Below are positions 27,206 to 37,582 of a stretch of 64,000 nt of DNA, piece after piece. Positions within the stretch are counted from its first letter, which is position 1; each line of letters begins with the position of its first letter. This DNA comes from an uncultured Clostridia bacterium (GTDB lineage: Bacteria > Bacillota > Clostridia > Christensenellales > Borkfalkiaceae). The stretch spans positions 3,491 to 67,490 of the forward strand of contig CAKQKW010000006.1 of assembly GCA_934249325.1 (NCBI GenBank), read 5' to 3'. The notes under the pieces are model-generated. The model had not been told where the DNA came from. It did no database searches and saw nothing but the letters and a program-made list of their open reading frames with translations. A program made the translations under genes and the position numbers.

Positions 27206-27232
27206 AAGTCTTTAAAAAATACGGAGATTACT

Positions 27233-27688
27233 ATGAAAATCGCAATAGGATGCGATCACGCGGGAATAAACTTAAAACCGACGCTGATCGAATACTTAGA
27301 GAAAAACGGATACGAATACAAGGACTTCGGAACTTACGACAAGGAGTCCTGCAACTACGCGGAATACGGTCAAAAGGTTGCGGAAGCGGTCGCTTTTGGA
27401 GGCTATGACAGAGGTATTCTTATATGCGGTACGGGAATAGGAATGAGCATTGTCGCGAATAAAGTTCCGGGAATACGATGTTCACATTGCCACGACCATT
27501 TTTCGGCTGTAGCGACCCGCAAGCACAACGACGCCAACGTAATCGCTTTCGGCGAAAGGGTTATAGGGGCGGGCGTGATGCTCGAAATAGTGGAAGCGTT
27601 TTTAACGACCGAGTTCGAGGGCGGACGGCACGTTGCCAGACTCGCCAAGATAACCGAGGTTGAAGAAAAATATTCAAATAAAAAATAG
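27233..27688 (+). CDS. rpiB: Ribose-5-phosphate isomerase B
   Basis: 'MKIAIGCDHAG' and 'ILICGTGIGMSI.ANK' are present. Confidence 0.9.
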   Translation: MKIAIGCDHAGINLKPTLIEYLEKNGYEYKDFGTYDKESCNYAEYGQKVAEAVAFGGYDRGILICGTGIGMSIVANKVPGIRCSHCHDHFSAVATRKHNDANVIAFGERVIGAGVMLEIVEAFLTTEFEGGRHVARLAKITEVEEKYSNKK

Positions 27689-27701
27689 AGAGGGAACACA
27701 G

Positions 27702-28577
27702 ATGCAAAACAAAGTCAGAAAAGCGGTAATACCCGTAGCGGGTTACGGAACGAGATTTTTACCTTTTACGAAAGCGGTGCCGAAGCCGATGCTTCCGATA
27801 CTGAATAAACCCGCCTTGCAGGTCATTTCGGAAGAGGTGGTAAACAGCGGCATTACCGACATACTTTTTATAGTCGGGTATAAAAAAGAGATACTCGAAA
27901 GCCATTTCGACGCCGCCCCCGAACTTGAAAAGATGCTCGCCGAAAAAGGCAAAAACGACTTTTTGAAAGAAGTCGTATATCCCGAAAAAATGGCGAACTT
28001 CACCTATAAAATTCAGGAAGTGCAGAACGGCACGGCAAGCGCTGTCGCTCTCGCGAGAGATTTCGTAGGAGACGAACCGTTCGCGGTTCTTTTCGGCGAC
28101 GACGTAATGTATAACGAGGGTCGTCCCGTAATCGGACAACTTATCGACGTATATGAAAAGTACGGAAAGACTGTACTCGGTTGCAAGAGGGTGAGTATGG
28201 ACGTAATATCGAAGTACGCTTCCGTCGAATACGACAAGGTACTCGAAGACGACGTTTACAATATGGTAAAAGTTACCGAGAAACCGAAAAAGGAAGAGGC
28301 TAAAAGCGACCTCGCGCCCCTCGGAAGATACGTTTGCTCGCCCGACATATTCAAAATAATAGACGATTTAAAACCGGGAGCGAACAACGAGTATCAGTTT
28401 ACCGACGCCTTAGACGAAGAGGCGCATAAAAACGGCGCTCTCGCTTACGTTTTCAAAGGAACGAGATACGATATGGGCGACAGGTTCGGATACCTAAAAG
28501 CAAATATCGAATACGGACTGAGAGACGAAGAACTTAAAGGCAAACTCAAAGACTATTTAAAGGAACTTGTAAAATAA
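27702..28577 (+). CDS. galU: UTP--glucose-1-phosphate uridylyltransferase
   Basis: 'KAVIPVAGYGTRFLPFTKAVPKPMLPI' is present. ATG 27702 has a purine-rich SD. The track start at 27660 overlaps rpiB. Confidence 0.9.
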   Translation: MQNKVRKAVIPVAGYGTRFLPFTKAVPKPMLPILNKPALQVISEEVVNSGITDILFIVGYKKEILESHFDAAPELEKMLAEKGKNDFLKEVVYPEKMANFTYKIQEVQNGTASAVALARDFVGDEPFAVLFGDDVMYNEGRPVIGQLIDVYEKYGKTVLGCKRVSMDVISKYASVEYDKVLEDDVYNMVKVTEKPKKEEAKSDLAPLGRYVCSPDIFKIIDDLKPGANNEYQFTDALDEEAHKNGALAYVFKGTRYDMGDRFGYLKANIEYGLRDEELKGKLKDYLKELVK

Positions 28578-28596
28578 CAGATAATCAAGACAAACC

Positions 28597-31056
28597 ATGA
28601 ACGAATACAAGATGACCGAAGGCGTACTGTACGCCGTTAAAAACTCGCAGATCGTGTCGAGAAAATACAAACTCGGATATGTAGGAACGGAAGAGGTTCT
28701 CTACGGGCTTTTGTGTTTACCGAGGTGCGAGGCGTGCAAATGCCTTGCGGAATACGGCGTAAACAAAGACAACTATTTCGACCAACTTAAAAATTCGTTC
28801 AGATACGACGATAAAACGGGCGGTTTTACGCCGAAGGCGAAAGCGGTAATCAACAAAGACGCCGAAGCGATAGCCGACGCCGCGAAAGCGAGGTACATTT
28901 CGACCGAGCATCTTCTTCTTGCCATACTCAATAAAAAGGACTGCGTCGCCATGAGTTTGCTTCGCAGAATGAACGTGAACACGGTAGGACTTATCGGGCT
29001 TTTAGAAAAGAAGATTTACGCATGGCGTGAAAAAGAGGAGACGCAAGACGAAACCGAGGAGACAGACGAAAACGTCGATACAGCCGAAAAACCGTCCGAA
29101 AGAGGGGATAATCCGCTCGAAAAATTCGGTTACGATCTTACGGAAAAGGCGAGAGACGGAAAACTCGACCCCGTTATCGGCAGGGACAGAGAGATAAACC
29201 AGATCATTCAGTCGCTTTCGAGAAGGACGAAAAACAGTCCTTTGTTAATAGGCGAACCGGGCGTTGGTAAGAGCGCGGTTATAGAGGGACTCGCTCAGGA
29301 AATCGCGAACGGCGAAGTTCCCGACGTCCTCAGAAACAAGACGATATTTTCGCTTAATATGTCGGGACTTTTAGCGGGAACGAAATACAGAGGCGAACTC
29401 GAGGAGCGTTTCAAGGACGCTATCGACTATATCGTCAAGAGAGGGGACATAATTCTCTTTATCGACGAAATCCACAACATAATGGGCGCGGGCGCGACGG
29501 GCGACAGCAGTTTCGATATAGCGGAAATGTTAAAACCGATGATGGCGAGAGGCGAACTTCAGACGATAGGTGCGACGACCATTGACGAATACCGTAAGTA
29601 TATCGAACCCGACAAGGCTATGGAGAGACGTTTTCAGCCCATTACGATAGAAGCCCCGAACGTCGAAAATTCTATCCGCATATTGCAGGGACTCAAAGAT
29701 AAATACGAAGCGCATCATAACGTTACGATTTCCGACGAGGCTATAAAGGCTGCCGTCGTTCTTTCAGACAGATATATAACGGATAGAAATTTACCCGATA
29801 AGGCTATCGACCTTATAGACGAAGCGGCGGCGAAGGCCAGACTGAAATATTGCTATACGCCTGAAGATTATAAGGAAAAGGGTCGTCAGATTCAAAAACT
29901 CGAAACGGAATTGGAGTACGTTACGAGTATGGGGGCGGGCTATCAGGGAGAGAGGAATAAACTTCTCGACAAAATAGCGAGGGCTAAAGACGAACTTTTC
30001 GCTATAGGCGAAAGAACGATGGAAGAGCGAAGCGGTTCCACGCCGAGAATAACGGATGAGGACATTGCCGAAATAATATCCGAATGGACGAAAATCCCGC
30101 TAACGAGGCTTACTTCGGACGAAAGCGAAAGGCTTTCCAACATCGAAAACGACCTGCACGAAAGAGTGATTGGTCAGGACGAGGCGGTGAACGCCGTCGC
30201 GAGGGCTATAAAGAGGGCGAGAACGTGTATAAAAGACCCCAACAGACCTATCGGCTCGTTTATTTTCGTAGGACCTACGGGGGTAGGTAAAACCGAACTG
30301 TCGAAAGCATTGGCAGACATTGTGTTCGGCGACAGGAACGCCCTTATCAAGTTGGATATGAGCGAATATATGGAAAAAAATTCCGTGTCCAAACTCATAG
30401 GCGCGCCGCCCGGTTACGTCGGTTACGAAGAGGCGGGTATTCTTACCGACAAGGTAAGGCGTAAACCTTATTCGGTAGTACTTTTCGACGAAATCGAAAA
30501 AGCCGATTCGGAGGTGTTCAACCTCATGCTTCAGATTCTCGACGAAGGCAGGCTTACGGACAGCAAGGGCAGAACGGTCAACTTTAAAAATACGATAATA
30601 ATACTGACTTCAAACGTGGGAGCGTCTATCGTTTCGGCTAAACCGTCGTTCGGCTTCAATAACGATTACAGCCGAGAAAACGAAATGAAAGACAGAATTT
30701 CCGAAGCGTTGAAGAGAAAATTCAGTCCCGAGTTTTTGAACAGACTCGACGATATAATAATATTCCACAGTCTAAGCAGAGAAGACTGCGGAAAAATTAC
30801 CGATATATTATTCGATTCGCTTATAAAAAGGCTTGCCGAAAACAATATACGGCTAAAAATCGCGGGAAGCGCGGCTGACCTCGTTATAGATTCGGGGTAC
30901 AGCGAAACCTACGGCGCGAGACCGCTTCGCAGGGCTATTACCACGCACATAGAGGATATGCTCGCTTCGGCTATTCTCGATAAACAAATTCAGCCCGGAG
31001 ACGAGGTTCTCGTATTTGCCGAAAACGGCAAGGCGTCGTTCGTCAAATCGAGGTAG
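28597..31056 (+). CDS. clpC: ATP-dependent Clp protease ATP-binding subunit ClpC (two AAA+ modules, short middle domain)
   Basis: The Clp_N repeats, 'GEPGVGKSA', 'GPTGVGKTE' and 'GARPLRRAI' are present. An acidic insert follows the N-domain. Confidence 0.85.
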   Translation: MNEYKMTEGVLYAVKNSQIVSRKYKLGYVGTEEVLYGLLCLPRCEACKCLAEYGVNKDNYFDQLKNSFRYDDKTGGFTPKAKAVINKDAEAIADAAKARYISTEHLLLAILNKKDCVAMSLLRRMNVNTVGLIGLLEKKIYAWREKEETQDETEETDENVDTAEKPSERGDNPLEKFGYDLTEKARDGKLDPVIGRDREINQIIQSLSRRTKNSPLLIGEPGVGKSAVIEGLAQEIANGEVPDVLRNKTIFSLNMSGLLAGTKYRGELEERFKDAIDYIVKRGDIILFIDEIHNIMGAGATGDSSFDIAEMLKPMMARGELQTIGATTIDEYRKYIEPDKAMERRFQPITIEAPNVENSIRILQGLKDKYEAHHNVTISDEAIKAAVVLSDRYITDRNLPDKAIDLIDEAAAKARLKYCYTPEDYKEKGRQIQKLETELEYVTSMGAGYQGERNKLLDKIARAKDELFAIGERTMEERSGSTPRITDEDIAEIISEWTKIPLTRLTSDESERLSNIENDLHERVIGQDEAVNAVARAIKRARTCIKDPNRPIGSFIFVGPTGVGKTELSKALADIVFGDRNALIKLDMSEYMEKNSVSKLIGAPPGYVGYEEAGILTDKVRRKPYSVVLFDEIEKADSEVFNLMLQILDEGRLTDSKGRTVNFKNTIIILTSNVGASIVSAKPSFGFNNDYSRENEMKDRISEALKRKFSPEFLNRLDDIIIFHSLSREDCGKITDILFDSLIKRLAENNIRLKIAGSAADLVIDSGYSETYGARPLRRAITTHIEDMLASAILDKQIQPGDEVLVFAENGKASFVKSR

Positions 31057-31058
31057 TT

Positions 31059-31850
31059 ATGGCGATAGGCGTTTCGACTGCAAGTTTATTTTTAAGACAA
31101 TACAACGAGGACTCGATAGTAACGTTAAACGAATTAGACGCGAGAGTCTGCGAAGTTTTTCTGGAAAGTTTTTCCGAGTACGAACCCGAATACGGGAAGT
31201 TGCTGCTCGAAAGAAAAGGAAACCTCGACGTACATTCGTTGCACGTCGTCACGATGAATTTCGAGACCGAATTGTTTTCCGTAAATCCGAGAGCCTTCAA
31301 AGACGCCGCGGTATGGTTTGAAAAGGTCCTTACGGTCGGCAAAACGCTCGGAGCGAAGTGTTACACCATGCACGGCAGAGCGAGAATAAAACCGAACGGC
31401 AATTACGACGACTATAAAGCGGCGGGCGAGAGGTTTGAAATTCTCTGCAAAATCGCCGAGAAATACGGTATAAGCGTATGTCTCGAAAACGTTTCGTGGG
31501 CGTTTTGCAACTATCCCGATTTTTTCAGAAACGTGAAGAAATACTCTGAGGACTTAAAAGCGACCCTCGATATAAAACAGGCTCGCCTTTCGGGGTACGA
31601 TTACAGGGAATATATAGACGCGTTCGGCGAAAATATAAAGACCGTTCATCTGTCGGACATAGGAGACGACGGCAGAATAAGGTTGCCGGGGAAAGGCAAC
31701 TTCGATTTCGAGGAATTATTCAAAAGGTTAAAAGACGTCGGCTATAAAAGCGATATGCTTATAGAGGCGTATAAAAACGATTACGACGAGATAAGCGAGA
31801 TTAAAGAAAGTCTCGACTATCTCAGAGAAATCGAATATAAAGTTTTTTAA
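31059..31850 (+). CDS. Sugar phosphate isomerase/epimerase (xylose-isomerase-like TIM barrel)
   Basis: The pattern 'YTMHG...LENVS...HLSD' is typical of the AP-endonuclease-2/xylose-isomerase-like TIM family. Confidence 0.65.
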   Translation: MAIGVSTASLFLRQYNEDSIVTLNELDARVCEVFLESFSEYEPEYGKLLLERKGNLDVHSLHVVTMNFETELFSVNPRAFKDAAVWFEKVLTVGKTLGAKCYTMHGRARIKPNGNYDDYKAAGERFEILCKIAEKYGISVCLENVSWAFCNYPDFFRNVKKYSEDLKATLDIKQARLSGYDYREYIDAFGENIKTVHLSDIGDDGRIRLPGKGNFDFEELFKRLKDVGYKSDMLIEAYKNDYDEISEIKESLDYLREIEYKVF

Positions 31851-31864
31851 AAGGAGTATAAACA

Positions 31865-33304
31865 ATGGCTAAAAGGTATCTAAGCAAGGAATGGAAAGAA
31901 TCAATGGCGTTAAGGCTCGACTACAACAATATGATGAGCGAGTTTGTAGGGGAAGAGCAGGGTTATACGAAAAAGGACATAGATAAACTGAAACCCATGG
32001 CGGCGGCGGCTTTAAAGAAACTCGCCGACGAAAGAGGTAAGGGCTGGCTCGGTTGGATGGACTTGCCGTTCAATCAGAAAGAGGTCGTTGCGGAAATTAA
32101 CAAAACGGCTAAGGAAATCCGCAAGACGGCGAAGAATTTCGTAGTTTTGGGAATAGGCGGCAGTGCGCTCGGACCGATAGCGGTTTTTCAGGCTCTTTGC
32201 CACCTTCACTACAACGATCTTTCCCCGAAACTCAGAAAAGGTCCGAAGTTTTACGTCGAGGACAACGTCGATCCCGAGAGAATGGCTGCCCTTTTAGACG
32301 TTATCGAACCCGAAAAGACGGTGTTCAACGTTATCACGAAGAGCGGTTCGACCTCTGAAACGATGACGCAGTACCTCATTATATACAATATACTTAAAGA
32401 GAAACTCGGAGACAAGGCGAAAGATCACATAATAGCGACCACCTCGTCTAACGCGGGCAATCTTATCAAACTTGCGAAAGCGGAAGGCTTTAAGACTTTC
32501 TACATTCCCGACGGAGTGGGCGGCAGATTTTCCGAACTTTGCCCCGTAGGACTTCTTCCCGCGGCGGTACTCGGCATAGATATAGCCGAAATGCTTGCGG
32601 GCGCGGCATATCAGGATAAAGTCGCGAGAAACAAGAACGTATACGCAAATCCCGCGTTGATGAACGCGATTTTGCAATACCTCGCAATGAAAGACGGCAA
32701 GAATATTTCCGTAATGATGCCTTACGCCGACGGACTTAAATATTTCGCCGACTGGTATTGTCAGATTTGGGCGGAATCGCTCGGAAAAGAAGTCGATAAC
32801 GACGGAAAAGTCGTGAGAGAAGGGCAGACCCCCGTTAAATCTCTCGGCGTTACCGATCAGCATAGTCAGGTACAACTTTACGCGGAAGGTCCTTTCGATA
32901 AAGTCGTTACTTTCCTTGCGGTGGATAAATACAGAACGGAAGTTAAAATTCCCGAGGGTTGCGAAAATATACCCGACGTGCATTTCCTTTGCGGTCACAC
33001 TATGAACGAACTCATTTCCGCGGAGAAAAAAGCGACCGAATACGCGTTGACTGTAAAAAATAAGGTCAACCATACGATAAATCTTCCCGAAATCAACGCT
33101 TTCACAATAGGCGAATTGCTTTACTATTTTGAAATGGAGACTGCTTTCGAGGGCGAATTTTTGAACGTAAACACTTATAATCAACCGGGCGTAGAAAACG
33201 GTAAAAACGCGACTTACGCGATGCTCGGCAGAAAGGGCTACGAGGCGAAAAAGCAGGAACTCGATTCCGCGCCCGCCAAAAAGGACGACTATATAATAGG
33301 TTAA
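31865..33304 (+). CDS. pgi: Glucose-6-phosphate isomerase
   Basis: 'GIGGSALGP', 'ITKSGSTSET' and 'GGRFS' are present. Confidence 0.9.
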   Translation: MAKRYLSKEWKESMALRLDYNNMMSEFVGEEQGYTKKDIDKLKPMAAAALKKLADERGKGWLGWMDLPFNQKEVVAEINKTAKEIRKTAKNFVVLGIGGSALGPIAVFQALCHLHYNDLSPKLRKGPKFYVEDNVDPERMAALLDVIEPEKTVFNVITKSGSTSETMTQYLIIYNILKEKLGDKAKDHIIATTSSNAGNLIKLAKAEGFKTFYIPDGVGGRFSELCPVGLLPAAVLGIDIAEMLAGAAYQDKVARNKNVYANPALMNAILQYLAMKDGKNISVMMPYADGLKYFADWYCQIWAESLGKEVDNDGKVVREGQTPVKSLGVTDQHSQVQLYAEGPFDKVVTFLAVDKYRTEVKIPEGCENIPDVHFLCGHTMNELISAEKKATEYALTVKNKVNHTINLPEINAFTIGELLYYFEMETAFEGEFLNVNTYNQPGVENGKNATYAMLGRKGYEAKKQELDSAPAKKDDYIIG

Positions 33305-33323
33305 TAAAGACAAGGAGCAAAAG

Positions 33324-35201
33324 ATGAGGAAGAAAGACGAACAGACAAAATATCTTTTTCATCAGGGAACGAATTACCGTTCGTATAACTATCTCGGCTC
33401 GCATTTTGCGAAAAAGGGAAAGGATAGCGGCGTTATATTCCGCGTATGGGCGCCGAATGCCGAAAGCGTTTCGGTCGTAGGAGATTTCAACGGCTGGGAT
33501 AAAACGGCGAACGTTATGAAAAAAGACGGCGGAATATTCGAACTTTTCGTTAAAGGACTTAAACAATACGATAATTACAAGTATTGCGTGAAGTCTCAAA
33601 AATCCGAAGTTCTGAAAGCCGATCCTTACGCATTTCACGCCGAGACGACGCCTGAAACCGCCTCGAAAATTTATGACCTCGACGGGTATAAATGGAGAGA
33701 CGGCGAGTATATGGAAAATCTCGGCGGGCAGGCTCATCATAAACCGATGAATATTTACGAGGTAAATCTCCTGTCTTTTATGAGAAAGGAAAACGGGGAT
33801 TATTACTCGTATAGGGAACTCGAAAAAGTACTTGTTCCATACGTTAAAAAACACGGGTATAACTACGTCGAGATGATGCCCGTCACGGAATATCCGTTCG
33901 ACGGTTCGTGGGGATATCAGGTTACGGGGTATTTCGCCGTGACTTCGAGGCTCGGGACGCCGAAAGATTTTATGTCGCTCGTGGACGCTTTCCATAGGGA
34001 GAATATAGGCGTGATTTTGGACTGGGTTCCCGCTCATTTCCCGAAAGACGAATTCGGTTTGTACGAGTTCGACGGCGCGCCCCTCTACGAAAATCACGGT
34101 TGGGACAGAATAGAGCATAAAAGTTGGGGAACGAGACGGTTCGATTACGGCAGGACGGAAGTACAGTCGTTTCTTATATCGAGCGCGTTTATCTTCTTCG
34201 ATAAATACCATATCGACGGAATAAGGGTAGACGCCGTGGCTTCGATGCTGTATCTCGATTACGACAAAAAACCCGGAGAATGGCTGCCAAATCAATACGG
34301 CGACAACAAGAACATCGAGGCGATTGAGTTTATCAAAAAACTCAACAAGTCGGTTCACGAGGCATACCCTTACGCTATTATGATTGCGGAAGAATCGACT
34401 GCGTACCCATACGTTACGAAGCCTGTGGACGAAGGGGGACTCGGTTTCGATTACAAATGGAATATGGGCTGGATGAACGACGTATTGTCTTACGTTGCGG
34501 TCGACCCGTTATTCAGAAAATACGACCACAACAAACTGAACTTTTCGATGATGTACGCTTTTTCCGAACATTACATTCTGCCGATTTCTCACGACGAAGT
34601 GGTACACGGTAAGAAGTCTCTTTTAGATAAACAGTTCGGAAGTTACGAAGATAAGTTTGCGGGCGTAAGGGCGTTTATGGGATATATGATCGCTCACCCG
34701 GGGAAAAAACTTATGTTTATGGGTTCGGAGTTCGGTCAGTTCAAAGAGTGGAATTACAAAGAGGGCTTGGAGTTTTTCCTCAAAGACTACGAAAAGCACA
34801 ACAAACTCGACAGATTTTTCACGGAATTGAACAGGTTTTATCTCGCGAACGAGGCGTTATACGGCGACGACGACGGATGGGACGGATTCGAGTGGATAGC
34901 AGCCGACGACGCAGACAAAAACTCGCTCGCTTTCATAAGGAAGTGCGGTAAAAGCGAAATTATCGCCGCGATAAATTTCAGCGGGGCGGATATTAAGTAC
35001 AGGATAGGCGTCGAAAAAGGCGGTTATAAGGTCGTGTTCGATTCCGACAAACAGATTTACGGCGGCGACGGAAAAAGTCGCAAAAGAATATATAACGCGG
35101 AAGCGATAAGTTCGAACGGCAAGGATTATTCTATTGAAATAGATATGCCGAAACTGTCGTTCAAGTACCTCGTTCCCGTGAAAAAGGATGCCGGAGTATA
35201 A
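33324..35201 (+). CDS. glgB: 1,4-alpha-glucan branching enzyme
   Basis: The CBM48-like N-terminus (FRVWAPNA), GH13 motifs 'DWVPAHF', 'GIRVDAV' and 'AEEST', and 'PISHDEVVHGK' are present. Confidence 0.9.
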   Translation: MRKKDEQTKYLFHQGTNYRSYNYLGSHFAKKGKDSGVIFRVWAPNAESVSVVGDFNGWDKTANVMKKDGGIFELFVKGLKQYDNYKYCVKSQKSEVLKADPYAFHAETTPETASKIYDLDGYKWRDGEYMENLGGQAHHKPMNIYEVNLLSFMRKENGDYYSYRELEKVLVPYVKKHGYNYVEMMPVTEYPFDGSWGYQVTGYFAVTSRLGTPKDFMSLVDAFHRENIGVILDWVPAHFPKDEFGLYEFDGAPLYENHGWDRIEHKSWGTRRFDYGRTEVQSFLISSAFIFFDKYHIDGIRVDAVASMLYLDYDKKPGEWLPNQYGDNKNIEAIEFIKKLNKSVHEAYPYAIMIAEESTAYPYVTKPVDEGGLGFDYKWNMGWMNDVLSYVAVDPLFRKYDHNKLNFSMMYAFSEHYILPISHDEVVHGKKSLLDKQFGSYEDKFAGVRAFMGYMIAHPGKKLMFMGSEFGQFKEWNYKEGLEFFLKDYEKHNKLDRFFTELNRFYLANEALYGDDDGWDGFEWIAADDADKNSLAFIRKCGKSEIIAAINFSGADIKYRIGVEKGGYKVVFDSDKQIYGGDGKSRKRIYNAEAISSNGKDYSIEIDMPKLSFKYLVPVKKDAGV

Positions 35202-35252
35202 AAATTGAATTAAGGCCTTACGGAAACAACCGTTTGGCTAAGGAGGGAAAAA

Positions 35253-36443
35253 ATGATAAACAAAAAGGAATGCGTGGCAATGCTTCTTGCCGGCGGACAG
35301 GGTAGCAGGCTGTTTGCTTTGACGAACAAGATAGCAAAGCCCGCGGTAACTTACGGCGGAAAGTACAGGATAATCGATTTTCCGCTTTCAAACTGCGTCA
35401 ACTCGGGTATAGACACAGTCGGCGTATTGACTCAATATCAACCGCTTGTGTTGAACGATTATATCGGTAACGGCGAGCCGTGGGATCTCGACCGCTCTTA
35501 CGGCGGCGTACATATTCTTTCGCCCTATCAGGCGAAACACGGATCGGAGTGGTTCAAGGGTACGGCGAACGCCATATATCAGAACATTCCGTTCATAAAG
35601 AGGTATAACCCCGATTACGTTCTCATTTTGTCGGGCGACCATATTTATAAAATGGACTATGCGGATATGCTTCTCCGCCATAAATCGAGCGGGGCGGACT
35701 GCACGATTGCGGCGATAAAAGTTCCGCTTTCCGAGGCTTCGAGATTCGGCATACTGAACGTTGACGACGACGGGGTGATATACGAATTCGAGGAGAAACC
35801 GAAAAAACCGAAGAGCGATCTCGCTTCTATGGGAATATATATTTTCTCGGCTCAGAAACTTTACAAGTATCTCGAAGAGGACGAAGCGGACGAAAAGAGT
35901 TCCAACGATTTCGGCAAAAACGTTCTTCCGAGAATGCTTAATGCAGGCGAAAAAATGGTCGCGTATACTTTTAACGGCTATTGGAGAGACGTAGGCACCA
36001 TAAATTCCCTTTACGAGTCGAATATGGATTTGCTCGGCGGAGAACCCGAATTTGACATATCCGATCCGTCCTGGAGAATAAGATCGAGAAATCCCATCGC
36101 TCCGCCGCAATATCTTGGCGACGAATCGAGAGTCGTGAACTCGATAATAGTATCGGGTTGCGATATAGAAGGTACGGTCGAAAACAGTATTTTGTCGCAC
36201 GACGTCACGATAGGAAAGGGGGCTGTCGTTCGCAATTCGGTTATATACGCAGGAGTTACAATCGGTGAAAATTCAACGGTTGACCACGCTATAATCGACG
36301 AAAACGTCCGAGTAGGCAAAGGCGTTAAGGTCGGAGTCAAACAGGCGAGCGACGATAAAAAAATTACTGTTTTAGGCAGAGATATAGCCGTTTCGGATAA
36401 TAAAACAATCGAAATCGGCGCAATTATCGATGAAAACGTGTAA
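35253..36443 (+). CDS. glgC: Glucose-1-phosphate adenylyltransferase, catalytic subunit
   Basis: '[11 protein letters not shown]...[22 protein letters not shown]' is followed by a left-handed beta-helix C-terminus. Confidence 0.9.
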   Translation: MINKKECVAMLLAGGQGSRLFALTNKIAKPAVTYGGKYRIIDFPLSNCVNSGIDTVGVLTQYQPLVLNDYIGNGEPWDLDRSYGGVHILSPYQAKHGSEWFKGTANAIYQNIPFIKRYNPDYVLILSGDHIYKMDYADMLLRHKSSGADCTIAAIKVPLSEASRFGILNVDDDGVIYEFEEKPKKPKSDLASMGIYIFSAQKLYKYLEEDEADEKSSNDFGKNVLPRMLNAGEKMVAYTFNGYWRDVGTINSLYESNMDLLGGEPEFDISDPSWRIRSRNPIAPPQYLGDESRVVNSIIVSGCDIEGTVENSILSHDVTIGKGAVVRNSVIYAGVTIGENSTVDHAIIDENVRVGKGVKVGVKQASDDKKITVLGRDIAVSDNKTIEIGAIIDENV

Positions 36444-36457
36444 GGGAGGAAAGATAA

Positions 36458-37564
36458 ATGAGCGTACTCGGACTAATATTTTCAAATATTCACGATAACA
36501 ACGTTCCCGAACTTACCGCGAAAAGAACGGTAGCATCGATACCGTTTTGCGGAAGATACAGACTGATAGACTTCGCTCTTTCTAATATGGTTAATTCCGA
36601 TATTACCAAGGTCGGAATAATCACAAAGAGCAATTTTCAGTCTTTGATGGATCACATCGGCAGCGGTAAAGATTGGGATCTTGCGAGACATTACGGCGGA
36701 TTGTATATTCTTCCGCCATTCGGCGTAACCGAAAGCAGTATGCTTTATTCGACGAGGTTGGAGGCTTTGAAGAGCGTAACGGGCTTTTTGACAAAATCTC
36801 ACGAAGAATACGTCGTAATGAGCGATTCGGATATGGTTTGCGCCATCGACTTTAAACCGATAATCGCCGAACACGTTGCAAACGGAGCGGATATGACTCT
36901 CGTTTACGTTAAAAAAGACGGCTATGCGAGCGGTAAAGACAACGTTATTTTAAACGTTGGGCAAGGCGGAGTCGTTACGGGAGTCTCTTACGGCGAGACT
37001 GTCGGCGAGGCTGATTTGTTTACGAATATCGTAGTTATATCGAGAACTCTTTTATTGAGTTTGCTGTCGGAAGCGTTCGCGCACGGTTGTAATTCTTTCG
37101 TAAAAGACATAATCGCGACGCACGTTCCTTTCGGCAAGGTTTACGCGTACAGACACGTCGGATACTACGAGGAAATTACTTCGATGCAGAAGTATTACGA
37201 AGAAAATCTCAACTTTTTAAACAGAAATTTAAGAGACGAAATTTTCAGAAAAACGAACGTTTATACTAAAGTCAAGGATTCGACCCCGACGAGATACGGC
37301 GGCAATTCTATATGTCATAACTCACTCGTTGCAGACGGTTGCAACATCGAGGGCGAAGTATATAACAGTATAATATTCAGAGGCGTTACCGTCGGCAGAG
37401 GGGCGGTAGTTAAAAACTGCGTGCTTATGCAGAATACAATAATAGGAGCAAACGCCTCTATGAATTGCATAATTACCGATAAAAACGTTATCATTAAAGA
37501 TAGAAGGGTTTTATCGGGTAGCGAAAATCACCCGTTCTATATATCCAAGGGAACGGTAATCTGA
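36458..37564 (+). CDS. glgD: Glucose-1-phosphate adenylyltransferase subunit GlgD (regulatory paralogue)
   Basis: This is a GlgC paralogue lacking the GGxGxRL motif ('RTVASIPFCGRYRLIDFALSNMVNS'). Its position directly after glgC matches the usual Bacillota arrangement. Confidence 0.85.
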   Translation: MSVLGLIFSNIHDNNVPELTAKRTVASIPFCGRYRLIDFALSNMVNSDITKVGIITKSNFQSLMDHIGSGKDWDLARHYGGLYILPPFGVTESSMLYSTRLEALKSVTGFLTKSHEEYVVMSDSDMVCAIDFKPIIAEHVANGADMTLVYVKKDGYASGKDNVILNVGQGGVVTGVSYGETVGEADLFTNIVVISRTLLLSLLSEAFAHGCNSFVKDIIATHVPFGKVYAYRHVGYYEEITSMQKYYEENLNFLNRNLRDEIFRKTNVYTKVKDSTPTRYGGNSICHNSLVADGCNIEGEVYNSIIFRGVTVGRGAVVKNCVLMQNTIIGANASMNCIITDKNVIIKDRRVLSGSENHPFYISKGTVI

Positions 37565-37582
37565 TATTAAAAGGAGTATTTT